Below are positions 10,046-18,224 of a stretch of 32,000 nucleotides of DNA, in pieces. How positions within the stretch are numbered: position 1 is the stretch's first letter; every line of letters starts with the position of its first letter. The notes under the pieces were generated by a model, which was not told where the DNA came from, searched no databases, and saw nothing but the letters and a program-made list of their open reading frames with translations. Origin of the DNA: Thermosulfurimonas dismutans. Its GTDB lineage: Bacteria; Desulfobacterota; Thermodesulfobacteria; Thermodesulfobacteriales; Thermodesulfobacteriaceae. The position numbers and the translations under genes are program-made. The stretch is taken from the NCBI RefSeq assembly GCF_001652585.1, contig NZ_LWLG01000009.1:43659-75658 (forward strand), in the 5' to 3' direction.

Positions 10046-10408
10046 CTACTTTTTCTTTTTGATTACCACTTCCGTACGACTGACATAACCCCCTTTGACC
10101 GGCTTCCTCTCGGAGAGGGAGTCATGGAGTCTCTTCACGGCATCGGTCTTGACATATTCTTTAGCCATAGAAAGAAAGCGCCTAGCATCTTTAACTTTGC
10201 CGTCTATAAGATAATCCCGAGCCCTTTTGAGGACGGCCCTTTCCCTTTCCGCCCGGAAATCGGAAGCGTCCTGAAAACCAAAAATAGAAGGGAGCTTAAA
10301 GACCCTCTTTTCCCCGCAGCGGGGACAGGGAGGAAACTCTTCCTCCATTTTCATCAACTTTTCAAAAATCTCCCCACATACCTCACACCGAAACTCGTAG
10401 ATGGGCAT
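10046..10408 (-). CDS. FmdB-family zinc-ribbon protein
   Basis: MPIYEFRCEVCGEIFEKL...CPRCG is the CxxC...CxxC FmdB signature. I prefer the ATG at 10408 over the track's TTG at 10420. Confidence 0.75.
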   Translation of the reverse strand: MPIYEFRCEVCGEIFEKLMKMEEEFPPCPRCGEKRVFKLPSIFGFQDASDFRAERERAVLKRARDYLIDGKVKDARRFLSMAKEYVKTDAVKRLHDSLSERKPVKGGYVSRTEVVIKKKK

Positions 10409-10481
10409 AAGAGCTTCCAATAAAATTGGTTTTGTGTTAGAAATTTTAACACCCCTTTAGATTATACCAAGAGGTTAACAA

Positions 10482-11492
10482 ATGGCGATTGCAGCGCTGG
10501 ATTGTGAGGGTCCCATTACCCTAAATGATAATGCTTACGAGTTTACCGAGATCTTGATTCCAGACGGAGGTGACTTTTTCGCCCGCGTATCGCGTTATGA
10601 CGATTATCTGGCAGACGTGGAGAAGCGTCCCGGATACAAGGCCGGAGACACCTTAAAGTTGATTCTTCCCTTTCTCAAGGCCTTCGGGGCGGACAACCGC
10701 AAACTTCGAGAGTTTTCCCGGAAAACGCTCAGGGTTCTTCCCCGAGCGGTGGAGACCCTGAAGGCTTTAAACAGCCTTATCCCAACCTTCATTATCAGCA
10801 CCAGTTACCGGCCCTATCTTGAGGCCTTGTGCGAGGTGGCAGGTTTTCCCATAGAGCGGGTTTTCTGCACAGAGGTGGACTTTGAGGCCGTAAGGCTCTC
10901 CCAAGCTGAAGAAAAGGAACTTCAGACTCTTGCCCGTAAGATCTTAGAGCTTCCAATAATCGAGATCCCCGAAGGAGCCCGGGGCTTAGAGGATCTTCCT
11001 CCAGAATCCCGTAAGGCCGTCGAGCGACTAGAGGAGATCTTCTGGAAAAAACTCCCCGAAATGGAAGCCGGACGATTTCTTACAGAAGTTAATCCTGTAG
11101 GAGGCCAGGAAAAGGCCCGGGCGGTGGAGATCGCCTGCAAGGAGATCGGGACTCCGCCCTCAGAGGTCCTTTACATCGGAGACAGCATCACAGACGTGGA
11201 GGCCCTTTTCCTTGTACGTGAAGCCGGAGGGGGAGCGGTGGCCTTTAACGCCAACCGCTATGCCCTGCGGGCCGCAGAGTTTTTCGTGCTCTCGGAGACC
11301 GCCGAGCCTCACGAGATCCTGGCCCGAAACTTTCTTGCCCGGGGAAAAGAGGGCCTTCACGAACTGAGCCTAAACGAACGCACTCGATCTTTTATTTTCG
11401 GCAGGCTTGAGGAGTTGAGTCCTGAGCTCATCAAACGTAGTGAAACCTTCCGTAAGAATGTACGTGGAGAGGCCATCGGAGCCCTTGGATGA
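10482..11492 (+). CDS. HAD-superfamily-like protein (EhaR-like) with variant motif I DCEGP
   Basis: 336 aa. The N-terminus AALDCEGPITLNDNAYEF and the C-terminal GDSITD motif fit a HAD fold. It resembles proteins annotated as energy-converting hydrogenase A subunit R (recollection). Confidence 0.55.
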   Translation: MAIAALDCEGPITLNDNAYEFTEILIPDGGDFFARVSRYDDYLADVEKRPGYKAGDTLKLILPFLKAFGADNRKLREFSRKTLRVLPRAVETLKALNSLIPTFIISTSYRPYLEALCEVAGFPIERVFCTEVDFEAVRLSQAEEKELQTLARKILELPIIEIPEGARGLEDLPPESRKAVERLEEIFWKKLPEMEAGRFLTEVNPVGGQEKARAVEIACKEIGTPPSEVLYIGDSITDVEALFLVREAGGGAVAFNANRYALRAAEFFVLSETAEPHEILARNFLARGKEGLHELSLNERTRSFIFGRLEELSPELIKRSETFRKNVRGEAIGALG

Positions 11493-12235
11493 TACCCCTA
11501 CAGGATATCCTTCCTAGACGCACGGTTCCCCTGGTTACTTGGGGCCTCATTGCGGTGAACACGCTGGTTTTCCTGTTTGAAATTGCTCTTCCTCAACCTC
11601 AAAGGGAACTCCTTTTTCACTATCTCGGCCTCATCCCTGCCCGCATCACTGATCCCGAATGGGCAAAGCTTCACGGCTTCCCGCCCGGGGCCTATCTTAC
11701 CTTTTTCACCCATCTCTTTTTACACGGCGGCTGGGTCCATTTTCTGGGTAATATGTGGACTTTATGGATCTTCGGAGACAACGTAGAAGATCGACTGGGA
11801 CATGTGCGATTCCTTTTCTTCTATCTCTTTTGCGGAATAGCCGCGGCCTTGGTTCACATTTATATCCATCCCCTTTCGACGGTACCCACCATCGGAGCCT
11901 CGGGGGCCATTTCCGGAGTACTGGGGGCCTACTTAGTAATGTTTCCTCTTGCCCGGGTGATTGTCATGGTGCCCATCTTCATCATTCCCTTCTTTTTTGA
12001 AATTCCGGCCATTGTATATCTCGGCTACTGGTACCTGATTCAAATATTTTCCGGCACCCTTTCTCTGGCCCTACCTGGAGAAGTAGGGGGCGTGGCCTGG
12101 TGGGCCCATGTGGGCGGTTTCCTTGCTGGAGTGCTTACCCATCGGCTTTTCTATCAAAAGAGACGTTCTTATTTCAAAGATGAAGAGGTCCCCTGGGGGG
12201 CGGTTATCTCCTATATTGATCGCATAAACCGTTAG
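11489..12235 (+). CDS. Rhomboid-family intramembrane serine protease
   Basis: 248 aa polytopic protein. Catalytic GASGAISGVLGAY and WAHVGGFLAGV (His) motifs. ATGA overlap with the upstream gene. Confidence 0.9.
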   Translation: MIPLQDILPRRTVPLVTWGLIAVNTLVFLFEIALPQPQRELLFHYLGLIPARITDPEWAKLHGFPPGAYLTFFTHLFLHGGWVHFLGNMWTLWIFGDNVEDRLGHVRFLFFYLFCGIAAALVHIYIHPLSTVPTIGASGAISGVLGAYLVMFPLARVIVMVPIFIIPFFFEIPAIVYLGYWYLIQIFSGTLSLALPGEVGGVAWWAHVGGFLAGVLTHRLFYQKRRSYFKDEEVPWGAVISYIDRINR

Positions 12236-12246
12236 GGAGGTCACTC

Positions 12247-13116
12247 ATGTCGGGTTTTGATGTCCTTTGGTTCTTTTTCATCCTTATGGCCCTGCAGCCA
12301 GTTCTGCGTCAAAGGTTGCTTGAAGCTGCCCGTCAGCGCATGATCGCCAAAATCGAAAAGATGAGAGGCTCGCGGGTCATCCTTCTTGTCCACCGACAAG
12401 AGACCATGAGCCTTCTAGGTTTCCCCATCATGCGCTTTATAGACATAAACGATTCGGAACAGGTCATCCGGGCCATTCACATGACAGACCCAGATGTGCC
12501 TATTGATATCATTCTTCACACTCCGGGAGGGCTTGTGCTGGCAGCCTTACAGATTGCCCGGGCGGTAAAGAAACATCCCGCCAAGGTCACGGCCTTCGTC
12601 CCCCATTACGCCATGAGTGGTGGCACGCTCATCGCCCTTGCGGCCGATGAAATTGTGATGGATGAGCATGCCGTGCTCGGTCCGGTAGACCCCCAATTGG
12701 GCCAGTTTCCCGCAGCCTCCATCCTTCGCGTGGCTCGGGAAAAGCCATTAGAGCACGTGGACGACCAGACCCTCATCATGGCTGATATGGCCGAGAAGGC
12801 CTTGCGTCAAATGAAGGAGAATCTACGAGACCTTCTTTCCGACCGCTATCCTCCAGAAAAGGCCGAGGAACTCGCGGAAGTCCTCTCCCAGGGACACTGG
12901 ACTCACGATTATCCCATAACCTTTGAAGAGGCCAAAAAACTCGGACTCCCGGTTAAAACAGACCTACCCCACGAAATTTATCAACTCATGAGTCTCTTTC
13001 CTCAACCGGTAAGGCAGATCCCATCAGTAGAATACACGCCTGTTCCCCGAAAGGCTCCAGCCGGAAGCCAGAATCATAAATCCACATTTTCGCTCCTACG
13101 CACCCTTTTTCATTGA
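12247..13116 (+). CDS. SDH-family ClpP-fold serine proteinase (pfam01972-like)
   Basis: 289 aa. N-terminal TM segment. ILHTPGGLVLAALQIARAVKKHPAKVTAFVPHYAMSGGTLIALAADEIVM is typical of this family. Confidence 0.8.
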   Translation: MSGFDVLWFFFILMALQPVLRQRLLEAARQRMIAKIEKMRGSRVILLVHRQETMSLLGFPIMRFIDINDSEQVIRAIHMTDPDVPIDIILHTPGGLVLAALQIARAVKKHPAKVTAFVPHYAMSGGTLIALAADEIVMDEHAVLGPVDPQLGQFPAASILRVAREKPLEHVDDQTLIMADMAEKALRQMKENLRDLLSDRYPPEKAEELAEVLSQGHWTHDYPITFEEAKKLGLPVKTDLPHEIYQLMSLFPQPVRQIPSVEYTPVPRKAPAGSQNHKSTFSLLRTLFH

Positions 13117-13136
13117 CCGGAGACCGATCGAGAGCT

Positions 13137-13152
13137 AACTTTTCGAAAAGTT
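13137..13152. promoter_or_regulatory. Perfect 16-nt palindrome AACTTTTCGAAAAGTT in the 56-bp gap before the M18 aminopeptidase gene
   Basis: The sequence is self-complementary with no loop. That favours a dimeric-protein operator over an RNA hairpin. It lies 20 nt upstream of the ATG, next to the SD AGAGGAGGTG. Confidence 0.3.
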
Positions 13153-13172
13153 CCCTCAAGAGGAGGTGAAGA

Positions 13173-14582
13173 ATGGCTCGAAAGAAAGACGAACTCAAGG
13201 AGCTCAAAGAAAATCTTACCCTAAAGCGCAAACCGGTATGGGACCAGCTTAGCCAAAAGGAGAAAAAGGAGGCTGAGACCCTAGCCAGGGACTATCTGAA
13301 ATTTCTCTCGCAGGCCAAGACCGAAAGAGAATGCGTGGAGGTGATGGTCGAACTTCTCAAAAAGCGGGGTTTTACAGAAGACCCTAGTCCTTACTGTTTT
13401 ACAGTCTTCCGTGACAAGATGCTGGCCGTCATGGTGGCTGGCAAGAAGCCTCCTTACTATGGCTTGCGAATCATCGCCACCCATATCGACAGTCCCCGTC
13501 TGGACTTAAAGCTACATCCCCTTTATGAGGACCTAGACATGGCCTTTCTCAAAACTCACTACTACGGCGGCATCAAGAAATATCACTGGGTTGCCCGGCC
13601 GCTTGCCCTACACGGGGTAGTAGTCAAACCGGACGGCACCAGGGTCAAGATCGCAATCGGGGAAGATCCCAAAGACCCGGTCTTTACGATCTGTGACCTC
13701 CTTCCTCATTTGGCCCGCAAGACCCAGGGAGACAAAAAGCTCTCCGAAGCCATCCCTGGCGAGAAACTAAACGTCCTTGTAGGGGGTCTGCCTCTAGTGG
13801 GCCAAGAGGAAGACAAGGACCGGATAAAACTCTCCATTCTCAAACTCCTTAACGAAAAGTATGGCCTTACCGAAGAGGACTTTGTAAGTGCGGAGCTTGA
13901 GGTCGTGCCGGCGGGACCGGCGGTGGAAGTCGGACTTGATCGGGCCTTTATCGGGAGCTACGGACAGGACGATCGCATCTGCGCCTTTTCAGCCCTAGCG
14001 GCGGCACTAGCCCTCAAGGAACCGCTCTATTCCACCCTCCTGGTCTTCATGGACAAGGAAGAGATCGGCTCCGACGGCAACACCGGGGCCAAGAGCCGTT
14101 TTCTCGAAAAACTGGTCTATGATTACCTCAAGATGTACGGTGTCACGCCCGGTGGAGACACCGTGCTTGAGACCTTCCTTCGTTCCAAGGCCGTCTCCGG
14201 AGACGTAACCGCTGGTATGGATCCCCACTATATGGAAGTTCACGAAAAACTCAATGACGCCCGGGTGGGTTACGGGGTGGTGCTCACCAAATACACCGGA
14301 CACGGTGGAAAGTACATGGCCAATGACGCCCATGCAGAATATATGGCCTGGCTGAGACGCATTTTCTCCGAGGCTGGGGTGGTCTATCAGGCGGCCTCAA
14401 TGGGCAAAGTGGACGAGGGGGGAGGCGGTACGGTGGCCAAATATCTGGCCTCTTACGGCCTAGACATCGTGGACCTGGGCCCGCCTATCCTTTCCATGCA
14501 TTCGCCCTTTGAGGTAGCCCACAAGGCCGATCTTTACATGACCTATCGGGCTTATCTGGCCTTTCTTTCTGCCGGAGACTAA
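13173..14582 (+). CDS. M18-family aminopeptidase (aspartyl aminopeptidase-like)
   Basis: 469 aa. ATHIDSPRLDLK, DKEEIGS and SMHSPFE motifs are characteristic of M18 peptidases. Confidence 0.85.
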   Translation: MARKKDELKELKENLTLKRKPVWDQLSQKEKKEAETLARDYLKFLSQAKTERECVEVMVELLKKRGFTEDPSPYCFTVFRDKMLAVMVAGKKPPYYGLRIIATHIDSPRLDLKLHPLYEDLDMAFLKTHYYGGIKKYHWVARPLALHGVVVKPDGTRVKIAIGEDPKDPVFTICDLLPHLARKTQGDKKLSEAIPGEKLNVLVGGLPLVGQEEDKDRIKLSILKLLNEKYGLTEEDFVSAELEVVPAGPAVEVGLDRAFIGSYGQDDRICAFSALAAALALKEPLYSTLLVFMDKEEIGSDGNTGAKSRFLEKLVYDYLKMYGVTPGGDTVLETFLRSKAVSGDVTAGMDPHYMEVHEKLNDARVGYGVVLTKYTGHGGKYMANDAHAEYMAWLRRIFSEAGVVYQAASMGKVDEGGGGTVAKYLASYGLDIVDLGPPILSMHSPFEVAHKADLYMTYRAYLAFLSAGD

Positions 14583-15358
14583 TGACGGAAACCATCCGGG
14601 AGGGAGACTTCATCCTACTTTTCACCCCGGAGGGGGGACATTACCTCCTCCGGGCCGAAGATCGTATATTTCACACCCACCGGGACAGCGTGGCCCTCTC
14701 GGATTTCATCGGACGGCCCTTTGGTTCCGTGACCCGCGGCAAGAACGGCACCCCTTTTTATGCCGTAAGGCCCACCCTCCACGACCATATCATGAAGGTT
14801 CGTCGGGCCACGCAGATCATATATCCCAAGGAGATCGGGATCATTTTGGTAAAGCTCGACGTTTCGCCTGGAAAAACCGTGGTAGAGTGCGGCACGGGTT
14901 CCGGAGCACTTACCCTGGCTCTCGCCCAAACCGTGGGGCCAGAAGGTCGAGTCATAACCTATGAACGGGAAGAGCGTTTTCAAAAACTTGCGCAGGGAAA
15001 TCTCGAACGGGCCGGCCTCTTGGAAAGGGTAGTTTTCAAGGGTGAGGTCACAGAAGATGGGTTCGAAGAGAAAGAAGAGGCCGACGCCCTGTTTTTGGAT
15101 GTACGGGAGCCTTGGGAGTTGTTGGCCGCAGCCTGGCAGGCTTTAAAGGGCGGAGCTCCGTTCGGGGCCCTAGTCCCCACCGTAAACCAAGTCTCACGCC
15201 TGCTTGAGGCCTTGGGCGAGCTACCCTTTATAGGTCTCGAGGTGCAAGAGATCCTTCAGCGGTTCTACAAAACCAATCCCGAAAGACTTCGCCCGGAGGA
15301 TCGAATGGTGGCCCATACTGGCTATCTCATTTTCGCCCGCAAGGTCTTTGAACGATGA
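14582..15358 (+). CDS. trmI: tRNA (adenine-N1)-methyltransferase (TrmI/GCD14 family)
   Basis: 258 aa. SAM-binding [16 protein letters not shown] and an N-terminal beta domain typical of TrmI. TAATG overlap with the upstream gene. Confidence 0.85.
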   Translation: MTETIREGDFILLFTPEGGHYLLRAEDRIFHTHRDSVALSDFIGRPFGSVTRGKNGTPFYAVRPTLHDHIMKVRRATQIIYPKEIGIILVKLDVSPGKTVVECGTGSGALTLALAQTVGPEGRVITYEREERFQKLAQGNLERAGLLERVVFKGEVTEDGFEEKEEADALFLDVREPWELLAAAWQALKGGAPFGALVPTVNQVSRLLEALGELPFIGLEVQEILQRFYKTNPERLRPEDRMVAHTGYLIFARKVFER

Positions 15359-16518
15359 AAACCTTTATCAAGCACAAACTCAGAAAGGCCCTTGCCTTAC
15401 TCGGACTCCCAGAAAGGGAGTTCGGCCTTTATCTGGTAAGGGATGCCGAAATAACAGAGGTCAATTTCCAATACCTTGGCCGTCCTTATCCTACTAACGT
15501 AATTTCTTTTTCTTATTGGGAAGGTCAAAGACCACCTGAAATTCCTTACCTTGGCGACATCTTTATCTCCCTAGAGACTGCGGAAAGAGAGGCCAAAGAA
15601 TATGATCTTCCTCTAAGGCCTTACGTTTTATCCTTAGCTCTGCATGGTCTCTTACATCTTTTAGGATATGAACACGAGAAAGGAAAATATGCTCCCTATC
15701 GCATGGCCCAAAAAGAGGCCGAACTCCTTGAAAAACTCCTTCCCAGGGGGCATAAAAAGGTGGTTAATTTCATAAGAAGGAGGGAATATATGCCGGCTAA
15801 ACTCGCGGTAAACGTAGATCACGTGGCCACGGTAAGGGAAGCCCGCAAAGTACACTATCCAGACCCCGTACATGCGGCGGTCCTCGCCGAACTTGGTGGA
15901 GCCCAAGGCATCGTGGTTCATCTCCGAGGTGATCGCCGTCATATTCAGGAAAGAGATGTGAGACTCCTTCGGGAAGTCATAAAGACCAAACTTATACTTG
16001 AGATGGCCCCCACGGAGGAAATGATTGACTTTGCCCTTGAGGTCAAGCCGGACCAGGTAACGCTGGTTCCGGAAAGACGCATGGAGATCACCACCGAGGG
16101 GGGTATGGCTGTAAAGGGACGGGTCAAGAAGGTAAAAGAGGTAGTTGAACAGTTAAAGGAAGGGGGTATCGCCAAGGTAAGCATCTTCATCAATCCTGAT
16201 CCTATCCAGCTCAAGGCCGCGGCCAAAACCGGAGCCGACGTGGTGGAACTGCACACCGGCCATTACGCCGAGGCCCAAGGCAAGGAGGAATTAGAAAAAG
16301 AGCTCTCACGACTTGAAGAAGCCGCCCGGGTAGCCAAGGACCTCGGCTTCGAGGTCCATGCCGGACATGGCTTAGCTTACGAAAACGTAGAACCCGTGGC
16401 CGCCATCCCAGAGATTGAGGAGTTCAGTATCGGTCACGCCATCGTAGCCCGGGCCCTCATGGTAGGCATGAAGGAAGCCGTCCGAGAGATGCTTACCCTC
16501 ATAGAAAAGGCCCGCTAA
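15355..16518 (+). CDS. Single uninterrupted ORF joining endoribonuclease YbeY (aa 1 to ~130) to full-length pyridoxine 5'-phosphate synthase PdxJ (aa 146-387)
   Basis: YbeY metal site [12 protein letters not shown]. The PdxJ part starts [19 protein letters not shown]. There is no stop codon between the two parts. ATGA overlap with trmI. Confidence 0.85.
   Translation: MKTFIKHKLRKALALLGLPEREFGLYLVRDAEITEVNFQYLGRPYPTNVISFSYWEGQRPPEIPYLGDIFISLETAEREAKEYDLPLRPYVLSLALHGLLHLLGYEHEKGKYAPYRMAQKEAELLEKLLPRGHKKVVNFIRRREYMPAKLAVNVDHVATVREARKVHYPDPVHAAVLAELGGAQGIVVHLRGDRRHIQERDVRLLREVIKTKLILEMAPTEEMIDFALEVKPDQVTLVPERRMEITTEGGMAVKGRVKKVKEVVEQLKEGGIAKVSIFINPDPIQLKAAAKTGADVVELHTGHYAEAQGKEELEKELSRLEEAARVAKDLGFEVHAGHGLAYENVEPVAAIPEIEEFSIGHAIVARALMVGMKEAVREMLTLIEKAR
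15790..16518 (+). CDS. pdxJ: PdxJ portion with its own potential initiation site inside the ybeY-pdxJ frame
   Basis: In-frame ATG at 15790 preceded by AAGGAGGG plus 5 nt. The 242 aa from this ATG equal a normal PdxJ length. Confidence 0.6.
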   Translation: MPAKLAVNVDHVATVREARKVHYPDPVHAAVLAELGGAQGIVVHLRGDRRHIQERDVRLLREVIKTKLILEMAPTEEMIDFALEVKPDQVTLVPERRMEITTEGGMAVKGRVKKVKEVVEQLKEGGIAKVSIFINPDPIQLKAAAKTGADVVELHTGHYAEAQGKEELEKELSRLEEAARVAKDLGFEVHAGHGLAYENVEPVAAIPEIEEFSIGHAIVARALMVGMKEAVREMLTLIEKAR

Positions 16519-16527
16519 ACATAAAAG

Positions 16528-16546
16528 GGCGGCCACGAAGGCCGCC
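16528..16546. terminator. Bidirectional intrinsic terminator between pdxJ and the convergent small gene
   Basis: GGCGGCC-ACGAA-GGCCGCC hairpin. It is flanked by TTTAATTTTT on the + strand and CTTTTAT on the - strand. Confidence 0.7.
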
Positions 16547-16580
16547 TTTAATTTTTCAATTGATATAAATAGAAACTTAT

Positions 16581-16793
16581 TTAAGAAATTTTGGCTTTTT
16601 CGAGGCGTTTTAATGCTTCTTCAAGGCTCATGATACCTTTGGCTACGGCGTAGGCCACATAAGGATAAACCCGCGGATCATAGCCCTCTGGACGCGGGAA
16701 AAGTCCCTTGGCCCGCAGTTTGGCAAGTTTAGCCCTTCTTCTGCGCCGGCGTTCAATTTCCCTCTTCCGCTCGATCTTTTTATGTCTTGCCAT
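16581..16793 (-). CDS. Small Arg/Lys-rich hypothetical protein (70 aa)
   Basis: MARHKKIERKREIERRRRRRAKLAKLRAKG... SD GGGGTGAGGA upstream and its own terminator downstream. Confidence 0.6.
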   Translation of the reverse strand: MARHKKIERKREIERRRRRRAKLAKLRAKGLFPRPEGYDPRVYPYVAYAVAKGIMSLEEALKRLEKAKIS

Positions 16794-16869
16794 AGCCTTA
16801 TCCTCACCCCTTGATTTTCGAGTTCGGCTCTTTTATATAAAGGCTACTTCCTCTTTCGTCAAGGAATCT

Positions 16870-16875
16870 TATAAT
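16870..16875 (+). promoter_or_regulatory. Candidate -10 box (TATAAT) for the zf-HC2-like gene
   Basis: A perfect TATAAT lies 19 nt upstream of the ATG at 16895. There is no good -35, and the SD would sit at the very 5' end of the transcript. Confidence 0.3.
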
Positions 16876-16894
16876 TTTGTTAAGAGGCGGAACG

Positions 16895-17137
16895 ATGCAG
16901 TGTGCACGGCTTAAAAGCTTAGCGCGAGAGTGGTTCCAGAAGGTAAGAGAGGATGCCCTGGCCCCAGCCAGAATGATGGAGTTCATCCATCGTCATATCC
17001 GGGGTTGTCCCATATGCCAGAATGACCCGGATCTTCCCCAAGAAGTAGAAAAGATTCGGGAATTCATTCGGGCCCCGGAAGTCATACCCACCGTTACGGA
17101 GATTTCAGAAGAACCCGAAGAAGAGGCCCTTGTCTAA
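16895..17137 (+). CDS. Small hypothetical protein with an HxxxCxxC (zf-HC2 / ZAS anti-sigma-like) motif; no TM segment
   Basis: MQCARLKSLAREWF...FIHRHIRGCPICQNDPDLP. H-IRG-C-PI-C matches Hx3Cx2C. SD AAGAGGCGG lies 5 nt upstream of the ATG at 16895; the track's TTG at 16877 is less likely. Confidence 0.55.
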   Translation: MQCARLKSLAREWFQKVREDALAPARMMEFIHRHIRGCPICQNDPDLPQEVEKIREFIRAPEVIPTVTEISEEPEEEALV

Positions 17138-17154
17138 TCGGTAATTTAGGGCAA

Positions 17155-17160
17155 TATAAT
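17155..17160 (+). promoter_or_regulatory. Candidate -10 box (TATAAT) for the tRNA cluster
   Basis: A perfect TATAAT ends 9 nt before the first tRNA nucleotide (17170). A weak -35-like TTGTCT lies at about 17130-17135 with 19-nt spacing. Confidence 0.45.
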
Positions 17161-17169
17161 TAGGGAAGT

Positions 17170-17246
17170 GCCCCCGTAGCTCAATCGGATAGAGCAGCGG
17201 CCTTCTAAGCCGTTGGTTGGGGGTTCGAGTCCTCCCGGGGGCACCA
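17170..17246 (+). tRNA. tRNA-Arg (anticodon UCU), CCA encoded
   Basis: Acceptor stem GCCCCCG/CGGGGGC. Anticodon arm GCGGC-CTTCTAA-GCCGT. T-loop GGTTCGAGTCC. Ends ACCA. Confidence 0.95.
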
Positions 17247-17269
17247 GGATAGTAGTATAAGTCAAGACC

Positions 17270-17354
17270 GCGGGAGTGGCGGAATTGGTAGACGCTCCGG
17301 ACTTAGGATCCGGTGGGGCTATTCCCCGTGGGGGTTCAAGTCCCCCCTCCCGCA
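17270..17354 (+). tRNA. tRNA-Leu (anticodon UAG), long variable arm, CCA not encoded
   Basis: Acceptor stem GCGGGAG/CTCCCGC. Anticodon arm CCGGA-CTTAGGA-TCCGG. Variable arm GGGGCTATTCCCC. T-loop GGTTCAAGTCC. Confidence 0.95.
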
Positions 17355-17366
17355 CTTAAAGTTTGT

Positions 17367-17443
17367 GCGCCCGTAGCTCAACTGGATAGAGCGTCGGACT
17401 TCGGATCCGATGGTTGGGGGTTCGACTCCTCCCGGGCGCGCCA
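17367..17443 (+). tRNA. tRNA-Arg (anticodon UCG), CCA encoded
   Basis: Acceptor stem GCGCCCG/CGGGCGC. Anticodon arm TCGGA-CTTCGGA-TCCGA. T-loop GGTTCGACTCC. Ends GCCA. Confidence 0.95.
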
Positions 17444-17444
17444 G

Positions 17445-17918
17445 TTAAAACAGGTGCTTGAAGGTACTCGCTCCCTTAACCTGTACAGGCTTACATTCCC
17501 CAATATTAGAAGCGGCGCTACAGGAAAGTCGCCATTCTATTTCCCAGTTTGCGTCCGTGGTATTATTTTTCACTTGGAGGGTGTAGTTATCTTTATTGGC
17601 ATCGCTGCAGCCCGGAGAAAGGACCGTAATGTAAAACTTGCGCCGGTCATCCTTATCCGAATTCAGCCAATATTTATTGTCGGCTGAACCATCATCAAAG
17701 CCCGCAAGATCCTCTATACGGCAGGCATATTCATCGTGATCGGCGTAGTATTCTTCCTGGGCCAATTTGGCAGCCATAAGTACGGATACCGGATCCACTT
17801 CAAAGGCCGAACGAAAATAGTGGCGATAAATAGAAAAGGATACCGAAGCCAGGATGGCCAGAATAGCCACCACAATTACGACCTCCACAAGGGTAAAAGC
17901 CTGAAGTCTTGGCTTCAT
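17445..17918 (-). CDS. Type IV pilin-like protein (prepilin N-terminal methylation domain) with Ala rather than Gly at -1
   Basis: MKPRLQA/FTLVEVVIVVAILAILASVSF has the class III signal and Glu5. Four Cys in the C-terminal half. SD GAGGAG. The stop codon lies 1 nt from the tRNA-Arg CCA end. Confidence 0.8.
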   Translation of the reverse strand: MKPRLQAFTLVEVVIVVAILAILASVSFSIYRHYFRSAFEVDPVSVLMAAKLAQEEYYADHDEYACRIEDLAGFDDGSADNKYWLNSDKDDRRKFYITVLSPGCSDANKDNYTLQVKNNTTDANWEIEWRLSCSAASNIGECKPVQVKGASTFKHLF

Positions 17919-18185
17919 AATATTTTCTCCTCTGGCATGTATCTTTCCACAAGAACAAGACTAAACTAAATTACACGATAAAAACTACAGGGTAGTTTAT
18001 TTTTAACGTCGACGGCAAAAACGCTATAGTAGCGGGACGGGAAGAAAAGATTTGCACCAGGAGTGGTAATTACAAGACTGCTTACGGTGTCGTTCGTCAG
18101 ATGGAGACCGAAAAGAAACCGATTAACTATGTTAGGAGTGAAGCTTTCCCTAGACAGGAATATTTCCATTTTTGTTCACCATATA

Positions 18186-18224
18186 TTCAAGCCAGGGCCT
18201 GCGTTCACTAGGCCCTGGCTTGAA
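18186..18224 (-). other. Perfect 14-bp stem-loop in the pilin-pilin spacer (possible attenuator or RNA-stabilising hairpin)
   Basis: TTCAAGCCAGGGCC (18186-18199) pairs with GGCCCTGGCTTGAA (18211-18224); the loop is 11 nt. It lies ~80 nt downstream of the pilA stop. No U-tract follows on the minus strand (ATATATGG). Confidence 0.35.

Noticed and set aside
17146-17687. ORFs 17146..17355 (-) and 17313..17687 (+)
   Set aside because: They are translations of the three tRNA genes and of the antisense strand of the pilin-like gene. The tRNA cloverleaves fully explain the sequence.
17934-17949. GG-N10-GC match (TGGAAAGATACATGCC, minus strand) upstream of the second pilin gene
   Set aside because: The -12 GC lies only 16 nt from the ATG. 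A sigma-54 start there would remove the GAGGAG Shine-Dalgarno sequence. The -24 and -12 flanks match the consensus poorly.
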